DNA from: Aulosira sp. ZfuVER01
GTDB lineage: Bacteria; Cyanobacteriota; Cyanobacteriia; Cyanobacteriales; Nostocaceae
Direction of reading: 5' to 3'
DNA length: 51,454 nt
NCBI GenBank assembly: GCA_034530615.2
Contig: JAVRCV020000070.1
Location: forward strand, 1-51,454
The notes beneath the pieces were generated by a model. The model did not search any database. It saw only the letters and a program-made list of their open reading frames with translations, and was not told the DNA's origin. A program made the translations under genes and the position numbers. Numbering within the stretch: position 1 is the first letter of the stretch; every line of letters starts with the position of its first letter. Below are positions 20,087 through 29,787 of this stretch, one piece after another.

Positions 20087-21151
20087 CTATTGCCCTGTTC
20101 GCTTTTGCTCAAGCCACTGCAAAACCCGATTCCACGCCCACCAAGGGTCTGGATCTTGTGCTTGGCTCTGACCTTCTCTACTATTTAAATAGCCAATATG
20201 TCCACCGTAACGGGTGAGTAGCAAATCTATCATAGAATTGTTAGAACTGGCAGCTTTTAATTCAGGGATGATGGCTGGATGAAAAAATGGGTCATCAGCG
20301 GCATATACAATTAACGTAGGCTTTGCAAGATGGGGCAGTAATGGTAAGGCGCTGCTGGCTTGGTAATAGGCTTCCACAGTGGGAAAACCCAATCTCTCAA
20401 TTACCAGTTCCTTGTCAAAATTCCAAATACTGTTTGCCCGTTTAATTGCTTCTGGGTCAAGCCTACCGGGATGAGCATCATGTATCCGCCAAGCCAGTTT
20501 TTTCAAATTCCGCGTTATGCCTGCCTCGAAATATTTGCCAAAGGGGTCTTTAACTAAATAAGATAGCGATCGCACAGAATCCAAATTAGGACAAATCACT
20601 GCACTACCGCCAATGTCGCTAAATTGGATTCCTAAATCCTCATTGCTCTTAGTTAGCTCTACAGCAGCTTTTATCCCCCACAGCGCCAATTGTCCCCCCA
20701 AAGAAAACCCCACAAACCAAAACTTCTTCGGGCAGCCCATTGAGGCAGCAGCGGCAGCTAGGCGGACAAAATCTTCTCCTTCGTACAAGCCATCGGATGT
20801 CAAAGTCGGTGACAACTCCGCTGTCTTACCGTGGGCACGCCAATCAAATAACACCACAGCATACCCTTGAGCATAAGCCTTACGTCCGAAGAGTCTCAAA
20901 TTCCATTCTTTACCCAACTCTCCGGTAATGCCATAGGTGCCAATAATCGTACTGTGAGCTTTTTCTGGTATTGCCACCCAACAAAAAATTGGCACACCTT
21001 GCCCACCAATCAATACTGTTTTATGATAATGCGGTTCTGGATGTTGAATTGTACTTTCCCAATAACGGCTGCCCCACAAAGCGGTGTATATAGTCATTGC
21101 TACACCATTTTGTAATAAACGAGCCGGATTGTAGGGGGTGTAACACATCAT
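20087..21151 (-). CDS. YheT-like alpha/beta hydrolase
   Basis: Nucleophile elbow GFSLGG; also DWRAHG, AADDPF and GGHIG. Confidence 0.8.
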   Translation of the reverse strand: MMCYTPYNPARLLQNGVAMTIYTALWGSRYWESTIQHPEPHYHKTVLIGGQGVPIFCWVAIPEKAHSTIIGTYGITGELGKEWNLRLFGRKAYAQGYAVVLFDWRAHGKTAELSPTLTSDGLYEGEDFVRLAAAAASMGCPKKFWFVGFSLGGQLALWGIKAAVELTKSNEDLGIQFSDIGGSAVICPNLDSVRSLSYLVKDPFGKYFEAGITRNLKKLAWRIHDAHPGRLDPEAIKRANSIWNFDKELVIERLGFPTVEAYYQASSALPLLPHLAKPTLIVYAADDPFFHPAIIPELKAASSNNSMIDLLLTRYGGHIGYLNSREGQSQAQDPDPWWAWNRVLQWLEQKRTGQ

Positions 21152-21304
21152 ATAGAGAATTTCGTGTACTCTAAGAAAGATTTGGCAATCCTGTTATCTT
21201 AAGGTTTATGTTAGATTTAAAATCTTTTTTATAATCAATACAGCAATCTTTGTATCTACCAAAGGTTCTTATTTATCCTTAATAAGTAGTAATAATTTTT
21301 TAGA

Positions 21305-22048
21305 ATGCCGAGGATTCTTGTCATAGACGATGACCCAGCAATTTCAGAACTCGTTGCCGTCAACTTGGAAATGGCTGGCTACGATGTTAGTCAAGCAGAA
21401 GACGGGATCAAAGGTCAGGCGCTAGCTCTCCAGCTACAACCAGACTTGATCATGCTCGATTTGATGTTGCCAAGAGTAGATGGATTTACCGTCTGCCAAC
21501 GCTTGCGTCGGGATGAGCGCACATCTGAGATTCCCGTGTTAATGTTGACCGCTTTAAGCCAAACACAAGATAAAGTGGAAGGCTTCAATGCTGGTGCAGA
21601 CGATTATCTCACCAAACCCTTTGAAGTTGAAGAAATGCTGGCACGAGTGCGGGCACTATTGCGACGCACTGACCGTATTCCTCAAGCGGCAAAGCATAGT
21701 GAGATTCTTAATTATGGGCCACTGACCCTCGTTCCCGAAAGATTTGAGGCAATTTGGTTCCATGAAACCGTGAAACTGACCCACTTGGAATTTGAGTTAC
21801 TTCATTGCTTGCTCCAACGCCACGGACAGACAGTTTCTCCCAGCGAAATCCTGCGGGAAGTTTGGGGCTATGACCCAGATGATGACATTGAAACGATTCG
21901 AGTACATATTCGCCACCTGAGAACCAAACTCGAACCAGATCCTCGCCATCCCCGCTACATCAAGACCGTATATGGCGCTGGCTATTGTCTTGAGTTACCT
22001 AGCCTACCTCCATCCGCTGAAGGCGCTTCAACATCAGTTGTTGAGTGA
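21305..22048 (+). CDS. rpaA: OmpR-family response regulator RpaA
   Basis: [26 protein letters not shown]...DLMLP...[17 protein letters not shown], recognised as RpaA. Confidence 0.9.
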   Translation: MPRILVIDDDPAISELVAVNLEMAGYDVSQAEDGIKGQALALQLQPDLIMLDLMLPRVDGFTVCQRLRRDERTSEIPVLMLTALSQTQDKVEGFNAGADDYLTKPFEVEEMLARVRALLRRTDRIPQAAKHSEILNYGPLTLVPERFEAIWFHETVKLTHLEFELLHCLLQRHGQTVSPSEILREVWGYDPDDDIETIRVHIRHLRTKLEPDPRHPRYIKTVYGAGYCLELPSLPPSAEGASTSVVE

Positions 22049-22080
22049 AATCAGGGTAAATTCCCTAACCTGAGCCATAA

Positions 22081-22118
22081 ATTGGCACTCTGTTCTGTCA
22101 AACTTAGCGAGTGCCAAT
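22081..22118. terminator. Hairpin downstream of rpaA
   Basis: Perfect 10-bp stem ATTGGCACTC/GAGTGCCAAT between convergent genes. Confidence 0.45.
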
Positions 22119-22137
22119 AGGATGTTGTGTCTGAAAT

Positions 22138-22265
22138 TGGTGTCAACTTAGCAAATACTGCTTGTAGTTAAGCTCTTCATTTGCTCAAACCCGACATTAA
22201 CTCATAGTCAGTATTTCAGCCTTTCAAGGCACTGAGATCCATTGATAACTTGTGTGTAGTTGACC
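22138..22265. mobile_element. Degenerate MITE-like element
   Basis: Left end TGGTGTCAACTTA (also at 161) and imperfect right end TAGTTGACC. Confidence 0.4.
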
Positions 22266-22271
22266 GAAAAA

Positions 22272-22449
22272 AGGCAGAGGGCAGAGGGCAGAAGGAGTCC
22301 TATTTCTCTGTGAAGAAATTTCATTGTCCTGCGTGAAAAGGACAAGGGGGACAAGGGAGACAGGGGAGATAAGAAAACAGAGGAGAAATAACAAATTCCT
22401 CTTGAGTCTTACCCAATGCCCAATGCCCCATGCCCCATGCCCAATGCCC
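22272..22449. repeat. STRR-type short tandem repeats
   Basis: GGCAGAG x3, GGACAAGGG-type x3-4 and CCC(A/C)ATG x5. Confidence 0.8.
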
Positions 22450-23723
22450 TATTTCTTACTAAAAATTCGATAGTAAAGCCAGGTGCTAATTTCGTTTAAG
22501 GGAAAAAGCAGGTATGTTAAAGGATTTATCGTCACAATAATATTGCGAAAATCTCGCCGTGCTAAAAACAGAATCGCACGAGCTACTTGCTGTGCTGACA
22601 TGACCCCGTAAGGATTAAGTTGACTCTTAAACGGCCCCAGGATTAACTTGCGAATTATACAATCCCTATCTAGGCGCTTCAGCGTCACAATATCCCCTAG
22701 GGCGCGTTTGCTCAGTTCATAAAGAGGACTTAATGCTGGAGATACCTCAGCCTCAGATGTATTCACCCAGATTTCTTTAGTTGCTTTTGATTGTGGCCCT
22801 GTCACAGTTGTTAAAAATATATCCATCAACCGCAACGTCGAAAAAGTATTGACTTCATAGGAGGAATTAATCGCCTCAGATGTGCGGCTACCATAGACAT
22901 TGATTCCGTGATTGAGAATCAAAATATCAACTTTCTCTAAACTATTTTTCAAATCTGCTTCCTTACCCAATTCCCAAGCAACTATCGCTACCTTATCTTG
23001 TGCCTGTAATTTATCTGGGTGAGTAGTTAATGCTACTACCTTGGCGTTATGCTTGAGCAATTCAGCCGCTAATGCTTGCCCTAAAGCACCAGAAGCACCA
23101 GTTAAAGCTACGGTTTTACCCTTCAGGGAAAGTCCTGTGCCCAATATAGTATCGACTAAAGGAAATACACCACTATAGTAGGCGTTGACATCATCAAAAT
23201 GATGCCGCCAGTGATAAGACCGATTCACCCACCAAACTGATGGAATCGTTTCTAATGGCCCGGGAAGATGGGTGTAATCTGTGTCAATTTTCCCTAGGAA
23301 ATATCGCCGGGACGCACCATATAAGAAGGTACAAGCATAAGCTACTCCTAGCCACAAGCCCATTTGGTTGAGAAGCAAAGCAACTATTGTCAAGATTGTA
23401 ACTAGGATACTCGACTCAACAATGTCGTTGTACAGCTGGGACTCTTGGTAAATTTTCAAGGAAACCACCGATAAATCCCGGCGATATGCCTGGTGGTGCT
23501 TATTGTGCCATTTACCCAGCCAAATCCAATAGTGACACAATGCATGATAGCTATCTCTTACTACCTCAGCCAGCAATAGCGAGAATAATCCCCAAATAGC
23601 AAACTGTAAGCAGGTATTTACTAAATCCCAATTTATCTGTAATTGGTTCTCAATCCCAGCCAAGCCAAGAGCTAACATATTCATCGTGATTTTGCTGTAC
23701 TCGTTTTTGTAACCATTCTTCAT
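22449..23723 (-). CDS. Bifunctional sterol desaturase-like / short-chain dehydrogenase
   Basis: His boxes YHALCH, WHNKHH and YHWRHH; SDR motifs TGASGALG and YELSK. The true start may be a downstream Met. Confidence 0.82.
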   Translation of the reverse strand: MKNGYKNEYSKITMNMLALGLAGIENQLQINWDLVNTCLQFAIWGLFSLLLAEVVRDSYHALCHYWIWLGKWHNKHHQAYRRDLSVVSLKIYQESQLYNDIVESSILVTILTIVALLLNQMGLWLGVAYACTFLYGASRRYFLGKIDTDYTHLPGPLETIPSVWWVNRSYHWRHHFDDVNAYYSGVFPLVDTILGTGLSLKGKTVALTGASGALGQALAAELLKHNAKVVALTTHPDKLQAQDKVAIVAWELGKEADLKNSLEKVDILILNHGINVYGSRTSEAINSSYEVNTFSTLRLMDIFLTTVTGPQSKATKEIWVNTSEAEVSPALSPLYELSKRALGDIVTLKRLDRDCIIRKLILGPFKSQLNPYGVMSAQQVARAILFLARRDFRNIIVTINPLTYLLFPLNEISTWLYYRIFSKK

Positions 23724-23981
23724 AATCTAATAAGAATGCTTTCAGGTCGAGTTATAAAGCACACGAAAATTAAACTGCGTCAGTTTTACTATACACAAAA
23801 ATTTATCAAAAAAAGTTGATGTATTAGCAGCGATTATCAGCCAGCACCCAAAAGTATTATTCGAGGTGTGTAGAGGTAGCCCGTCGTAGATAAAACTGTG
23901 AGTGCAAAATAGTTTACAAACAGAAAAATCATGTACTATTTTTGTACTAATATTTTTCTTGTACCTTTTGAATAAATACCC

Positions 23982-24800
23982 TTGGCATACGATAGCATCT
24001 GCCGATTTTTGACATCTGAGTATCCATTACCTTTTGTAAATTGGTTACTTAACTCTGGGGAAACAAATATTCAGGTATTACCCAGCGAATTAAGTGTGGA
24101 ACCAATTCGTTCTGATGCTTTATTTCAACTACCAGAACTAAACAGTATCCTGCATTTGGAGTTCCAAACAGTTCCTAAATCAAAACCGTTTCTCCCTGTG
24201 AGGATGCTGGATTACTGGTTGAGAATTTATCGAAAATACGAATGTCCCATTGAACAAGTAGTTATCTTCCTAAAACAAACAGATTCTCCTGCTGTTTACA
24301 TCAATGAACTTGCAGTTGGGAATACAAGACATAAATATAGAATTATCCGCCTGTGGGAGCAAGACCCGCAACCGCTTCTGGCTAACCCCGCACTGCTACC
24401 ATTAGCAGTTTTGGCTTCCACAGATGCACCAGCAGCTTTGCTAGAGCAAGTTGCTGTGGAAATAGATAAAATCGAGGAACCAGAACAACAGCAAAACATC
24501 ACAGCTTGTGTAGAAGTACTAGCTGCTTTGAAATTTGATAAACAACTAATTCGCCAGTATTTCAGAGAGAAACTAATGGAAGAGTCACCTATTTATCAAG
24601 AAATACTAGAAAAAGGTGCCAGGAAAGGAAAGCTACAAACCTTAACTCGCCTACTTTCACGGCGATTTGGCACAATTTCTACTGAGTTACAGCAACGGCT
24701 TCAAGCACTGTCGATTAACCAGCTAGATGATTTAAGCGATGCGCTGTTTGACTTTTCGGAAATATCCGACTTGGCCATTTGGTTGCAAAACCAGCAGTAA
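23982..24800 (+). CDS. Rpn-family PD-(D/E)XK nuclease/putative transposase with C-terminal DUF4351
   Basis: Motifs IRSDAL..ILHLEFQ and RMLDY; C-terminal RLLSRRFG...QLDDLSDALFDF...DLAIWL; TTG start. Confidence 0.85.
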   Translation: MAYDSICRFLTSEYPLPFVNWLLNSGETNIQVLPSELSVEPIRSDALFQLPELNSILHLEFQTVPKSKPFLPVRMLDYWLRIYRKYECPIEQVVIFLKQTDSPAVYINELAVGNTRHKYRIIRLWEQDPQPLLANPALLPLAVLASTDAPAALLEQVAVEIDKIEEPEQQQNITACVEVLAALKFDKQLIRQYFREKLMEESPIYQEILEKGARKGKLQTLTRLLSRRFGTISTELQQRLQALSINQLDDLSDALFDFSEISDLAIWLQNQQ

Positions 24801-24839
24801 CTCAATTTATTTACAGAGCGTGAAGAAGGCAATTGAAAA

Positions 24840-25101
24840 GCGATCGCCTGTTTTAAACTTATCACCAGAAGTGCGATCACATAAAACAAGAGTATAAATA
24901 TTTAGGATGCGATCGCCTGTTTTAAACCTATCGCCAGAAGTGCGATCGCCTTTACGAGAGTATGAATATTTGAGATGCGATCGCCTGTGTTAAACTTATC
25001 ACCAGAAGTGCGATCGCCTGTAGTAAAGTATGAGATGCGATCGCTTGTTTTAAACTTATCACTAGAAGTGCGATAGCCTTGACAAGAGTATGATTATTTG
25101 G
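24840..25101. repeat. HIP1-anchored tandem array of four 41-bp cores with related linkers
   Basis: Core GCGATCGCCTGTTTTAAACTTATCACCAGAAGTGCGATCGC (with variants) starts at 24840, 24909, 24977 and 25037. Confidence 0.9.
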
Positions 25102-25134
25102 AGCGTGCTCAATTTATTTAAAGCTAACAGATGA

Positions 25135-26484
25135 CTACTCACTAGCTGCGAGCTTATCAAGAATTTCTTCACAATAACTAATAACATTACCTGAGCTTAT
25201 CGTTTTCCAATCTGACCACTGATATGAAGAAGCAAAATTCAGAATTTTATTTTCTATATTCTTCATTTCGTCTTGGGAAAGTTTCCTTTCACGACCATAA
25301 CCATTGTTTGATAGTCCCCATATAATGGCTATAAGTTTAATTGCAATATTTTTAATATCTGTAGACTCCATATGAATTTTTACGATATCATCGCCATCAT
25401 CAAGTGCACCTAAAGTACCCAAAAAAGCTCCTCCAGCAAGCCCACCTATTTGTGCACCGAATAATGCTCCTGCCCCTGCTCCAAGTCCTCCAGTGAGCAA
25501 ACCTGTAATAGCGCCGACTATGGCAGCCCCGACACCAGCTCCAATTACACCACCAGCACTCGCAAGCCCTGTACCCCAACCTATCCTGGCTGGAATATTA
25601 GCTGATGATTCTACTGCTGTCTGTAATTCTTTTTTAGGTGTAGTTGGATACTCAGCAGCTACCTTATATAGTTCCACAACATCGTGTACAAAGTCTACAA
25701 TTATTGCCTGTAACTCTCTCACCATCTTATTCTTGGCTTTCTCCTGAGAGAATGAATTCTTTTTAGTTGCTACCTGGAACTCTTGTATTTCAGTAATACA
25801 GTTGGCTAACATAGAGAGAGCTTCTGTAAGTATTTCTTTTTGTCTATTTTTAAATTCATTCAAACCTTGAGAAAATAAAGCCTGCTCTTCAGAATTTAAG
25901 ACGCGGTAAATAGCATCATAAATTTCATTTATCTTTGAAGGTTTATCCCAATGGGCATCGAAAATAATAGTATTTTCAATACCTTGCTCTTTTAACACTT
26001 CTTTCCAGAGCTTAATACGGTTATCAACTATTTCTTGACTACTAGCTTCTAACTGTTTTTTTGCTTGATTTAAAATTCCTATAACTTTAGGATGAATATT
26101 TACAACTGCTTCAATTTCTTCGATATAAGTTTCATCAGGAACGACACTTAAATTTCCTACATAGAAAACAATATTACTTTTTCCTATAGCTTGTATGGCA
26201 TCCATATCTAAACTCATTTTGTCTTCCCATTTCTTAGGTAGTTTATACTCACGATTTTTATCTATTTCTTCCCGATACATATTGTATATTTGAGCATAAC
26301 GAAAACCAGGTGTGTCTATGAAATAAGCTTGAAGCCCATCATAATAGTATGCAGTACCTACTTTAGTAACATTTGGTGAATCACTTACCTCCCCAATAGT
26401 GCTTTTCATTAAAGTTCTGATCAGAGTAGTTTTTCCCGTATTTGTGTGTCCAGCAATTGCAATGCTTATCTTTGGTAATGCCAT
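25135..26484 (-). CDS. P-loop GTPase (DUF3482-like) with C-terminal glycine-zipper membrane segment
   Basis: G1 GHTNTGKTT, G3 DTPG and G4-like LNQ; helical region followed by about 60 aa of GxxxG-rich hydrophobic sequence. Confidence 0.8.
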   Translation of the reverse strand: MALPKISIAIAGHTNTGKTTLIRTLMKSTIGEVSDSPNVTKVGTAYYYDGLQAYFIDTPGFRYAQIYNMYREEIDKNREYKLPKKWEDKMSLDMDAIQAIGKSNIVFYVGNLSVVPDETYIEEIEAVVNIHPKVIGILNQAKKQLEASSQEIVDNRIKLWKEVLKEQGIENTIIFDAHWDKPSKINEIYDAIYRVLNSEEQALFSQGLNEFKNRQKEILTEALSMLANCITEIQEFQVATKKNSFSQEKAKNKMVRELQAIIVDFVHDVVELYKVAAEYPTTPKKELQTAVESSANIPARIGWGTGLASAGGVIGAGVGAAIVGAITGLLTGGLGAGAGALFGAQIGGLAGGAFLGTLGALDDGDDIVKIHMESTDIKNIAIKLIAIIWGLSNNGYGRERKLSQDEMKNIENKILNFASSYQWSDWKTISSGNVISYCEEILDKLAASE

Positions 26485-26622
26485 ATTTATCCTCTAATTT
26501 TAATGATAGATGAGTGAAATAGAAGCGTATTTCTAAAATGTCATTGGCAATTTTGAGAACTTGTCAAGATGGAAGTCCAGCTAAAACTGCTTCATACTGA
26601 GGAAATTAAAAACTGTTGGCGG

Positions 26623-28281
26623 CTAAACGCACACAACCCGAAAGCCGATGCAGTTGTTCTTGCTGTTGGGGGCATCCCAATCGCGAGCAGCAGACCGACA
26701 GTTCATAGGTTCGTCCTTCCAAGAACCACCGCGCAGCATTCGATCATGACTATTAACCCACGCACTGCCATCATTTGGCGCTCCCTTATAATTAAAATGG
26801 AAATGGTCGGCACACCATTCCCAAACATTTCCGTGCATGTCGTATAATCCAAAAGCATTAGGAGGAAAACTTCCTACTGAAGTGGTTTCGTTTTGCTTTC
26901 GTCCTTTAAGTTCATCTGCAAAGGTTACATTGGCATTGTAATTTGCTAAATCGCTGGTAATCGTTTTACCAAAATAAAATGGTGTTGTAGTTCCCGCACG
27001 ACAGGCATATTCCCATTCTGCTTCAGTGGGGAGGCGGTATTTTCTTCCTGTTTCGGCAGAAAGTCTGGCACAAAATTCCATCGCATCATCCCAGGAAACT
27101 GTTTCTACAGGATGGTCATTAAAGACGAAGCTAGAGGGATGGGGTTTAAGATCGCGATTAACTCTGGGTAGTTCTGCTACTGATCTCCATTGTTCCTGGG
27201 TGATGGGGTATTTACTCATAAAGAATGGCTGAACCACTACTTCATGCAGAGGTTTCTCTTCATCGTTCCCTTCCCCCTCTGGTGAACCCATCATTAATTT
27301 GCCACCAGGAATAGCGGCTATTTCTAGAGTGATACCATTTCCAATATCTTCTGTAAAATATTGGGCTTGACACTCTTCTAATTTGATTCTTTTTCCTTTA
27401 GTGTCAACACTGACCACTTCATCAGGTACAAGTTTTAACAAACTTAGCCATTCTATCGGTGTCTGAAGACGTTTTTCCGGTTGTAGCTCCATCCCTGCAA
27501 GAATTGCTTGATTTACCCTGTTGCTAACACTGTGATTAAGATTTTGAGGAGGTGTGAGGGAATTTATAGATCTAGCATTTGCATGTTCTGGATCAGTTTT
27601 AGTCAACAAATAATACAGTGTTGCAGCTAAGGCATAGACGTCGGTATAACATCCTTCTCTCTTATTCGTAGAAAATTGTTCGGGCGGGGCGTAACAGGCC
27701 GTCGCCGATTTTGTCAACTGGTTTGTTTTATTTGGGATAAAATGCCGTGTTAATCCAAAATCAATCAGTACTGCTTCATTAGTTTTAGCACGAAGCATAA
27801 TGTTTTGTGGGTTGATATCCCTGTGTAGCCAGTTATTTTCGTGAAGAATATTCACTGCTTTAGCAATCTGCTTGATATAATGCAATGCTTTAGTTTCTTC
27901 AAGGAAACCTTGTTTTTCAATGTGCTGTCTCAAGTTTTCCCCTTGAATGTACTCCATTACCATACATGGTACTTTTCCCCAGTTACCTCTTTCTTCGTTA
28001 AAGGAGTCTTTAAACTCGACGATATAACGTTTTATATAGAACCTATCGTCTTTTTGTAGAAATTTACTCAATTCGTATAACTTATGTATTTCAGCCCAAA
28101 AATTTTTCTGATGATCACGATAATTCGTTGCTTTTAGGAATTCATCTTTTATGGTTTTAATAACAACTTTATTGCCCTGTTTGTCTCTGGCAAGATAGGT
28201 AATACCATAACCGCCTTCTCCCACTTGTTGTTCAATAATATAGCAGTCATTGTTCAGTTTTTGTCCCGCTTTCCAAATCAT
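26623..28281 (-). CDS. Ser/Thr protein kinase fused to an FGE-sulfatase (SUMF1) domain
   Basis: Kinase motifs GEGGYG, VVIK, HRDINPQN, DFG and YAPPEQ; FGE motifs RLPTEAEWEYACRAG, GLYDMHGNVWEW, RGGSW and IGFRVV. Confidence 0.9.
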   Translation of the reverse strand: MIWKAGQKLNNDCYIIEQQVGEGGYGITYLARDKQGNKVVIKTIKDEFLKATNYRDHQKNFWAEIHKLYELSKFLQKDDRFYIKRYIVEFKDSFNEERGNWGKVPCMVMEYIQGENLRQHIEKQGFLEETKALHYIKQIAKAVNILHENNWLHRDINPQNIMLRAKTNEAVLIDFGLTRHFIPNKTNQLTKSATACYAPPEQFSTNKREGCYTDVYALAATLYYLLTKTDPEHANARSINSLTPPQNLNHSVSNRVNQAILAGMELQPEKRLQTPIEWLSLLKLVPDEVVSVDTKGKRIKLEECQAQYFTEDIGNGITLEIAAIPGGKLMMGSPEGEGNDEEKPLHEVVVQPFFMSKYPITQEQWRSVAELPRVNRDLKPHPSSFVFNDHPVETVSWDDAMEFCARLSAETGRKYRLPTEAEWEYACRAGTTTPFYFGKTITSDLANYNANVTFADELKGRKQNETTSVGSFPPNAFGLYDMHGNVWEWCADHFHFNYKGAPNDGSAWVNSHDRMLRGGSWKDEPMNCRSAARDWDAPNSKNNCIGFRVVCV

Positions 28282-28369
28282 ATCTACTTTATCTTCTTAT
28301 CCTCTTTGATAAATAAAATACCGATATCTAAATAACAAAGGTATTTAATAAATACTTTTTAGTAATTTA

Positions 28370-29512
28370 TTATGTCAGTAATTCACAGATTAAATCTAAT
28401 TTATTTTTTTCCATTCTTAAAAATTTTCTTGCTATTTCTTGTAAGCTATCTATATTATATTTACTAGTATCATCTAAAGCATCATTAACATTTAATAAAT
28501 TGTCAAGAGATGCTTTCTTGTTATCTAAATCTATTTCTGGATATTGTATCTGGAATCGATAATATTGTCTGTCTTGAATACCCCTTGGCAATTTTGTTGA
28601 TAATAATTGTTCCATTTGATAATCTACAACTTCACTTTGTCCATTCAAGACCATATTAATCAGGGGTTCTATCCACTTGATTTGTCCCCAATTATATATA
28701 TCTTCAGTCTTCAATTTACGAGATTTTCTTCCTGTACCTAGCGATACTACTAATATTTCATCTAAAGATATGCTCTCTCCTGTCTTTATCTTATAAGAAT
28801 TTATTGCCTCTAGAATCGCAATAGAAGTTGGATTATTCGCAAATACTCCTCCATCGACTAATGTATATCTTGGCTCTGAATGATTATAAACATCAAGAGG
28901 ATAAGGTTTAAAATATGTAGGTGCTGCTGAAGTTGCCAGGGCAGCATCTTGCATTTTATAGCCTTCACATACTATACGAAAATTTTCAGAATTTTGGTAT
29001 TCTCGTTCTTTTTCAGGCTTGCTTGTAAAGAAAAAAGGTAGCCTTAAGTTTGTAGCATAACTAGGAATTAAAACTTCTGTTAATGCTTCACTTAGATATG
29101 TTACTCCTAAATATTCATCAATGATTTTTTCTTTTCCTTTTCGAGTATATTTTGTTCTATACAAATCTTCGATATTTATATCTTTTATACCGAGAATACT
29201 TAAGCCAGATTGGACAGATGATAATGTGATTTGATGGAGAGTATTTGTATTTCTTCTTTGGAAGATTATACTTCCTTGAGTTTTATATAGATTAACCAAA
29301 TCTATGGCTTTAAATTGAGGTGCAGTTTTATCTTGATTTGGTTTTGTAAGACCCAATGCCAATATACCTCCTGTTGAAGTTCCTGCAATTAAGTCAAATA
29401 GCTCACATATTGGCTTTCCCGTTCTATCTTCAATTTCCGCTAAAATCATCGCTGGCACAATACCTTTAATTCCGCCGCCATCGATTGATAACACTTTAGC
29501 CTTGAAACTCAT
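28370..29512 (-). CDS. Patatin-like phospholipase
   Basis: Motifs DGGGIKG, catalytic GTSTG, SAAPTYF, DGGVFANNP and SLGTG. Confidence 0.92.
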   Translation of the reverse strand: MSFKAKVLSIDGGGIKGIVPAMILAEIEDRTGKPICELFDLIAGTSTGGILALGLTKPNQDKTAPQFKAIDLVNLYKTQGSIIFQRRNTNTLHQITLSSVQSGLSILGIKDINIEDLYRTKYTRKGKEKIIDEYLGVTYLSEALTEVLIPSYATNLRLPFFFTSKPEKEREYQNSENFRIVCEGYKMQDAALATSAAPTYFKPYPLDVYNHSEPRYTLVDGGVFANNPTSIAILEAINSYKIKTGESISLDEILVVSLGTGRKSRKLKTEDIYNWGQIKWIEPLINMVLNGQSEVVDYQMEQLLSTKLPRGIQDRQYYRFQIQYPEIDLDNKKASLDNLLNVNDALDDTSKYNIDSLQEIARKFLRMEKNKLDLICELLT

Positions 29513-29719
29513 AGCATTACTCCTTAAAAATTATGGGTGTAAAATGTAGTAGTTACATAATCCCAGTTTGCGTACTTTCCCTTGCTTAGACGAGGCAACT
29601 TTAGGCTTTGGTAAACAAACGAGAGCGATCGCTACAATTACTCAATCTAATGAGTACGATCGCCCCCACACATCTGTACAAATCAAAACCAAGTGAACAT
29701 CCTGAGCATAAAAAATTAG

Positions 29720-29749
29720 CCCAACATTGTCCCTAGCGAAATGTTGGGT
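29720..29749 (-). terminator. Hairpin downstream of the NarL regulator
   Basis: CCCAACATT/AATGTTGGG stem; the minus strand continues CTAATTTTTT. Confidence 0.4.
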
Positions 29750-29787
29750 TTTAAACCTATCAAAATGTGAGGTTGATAAGATACAAA

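Noticed and set aside
22449..23723. Displaced hetN
   Set aside because: It is a desaturase-SDR fusion with no RGSGR motif.
24840..25101. CRISPR array
   Set aside because: The linkers are short and homologous to each other, the core is bounded by HIP1, and no cas gene is present. It is a tandem repeat.
28370..29512. CBASS system (CapV-like patatin)
   Set aside because: No CD-NTase or Cap2/Cap3 gene is nearby.
25102..29624. Absence of HIP1 as proof of foreign origin
   Set aside because: By eye there is none here, but native hgl DNA at about 13000-19200 also lacks it, so the signal is weak.
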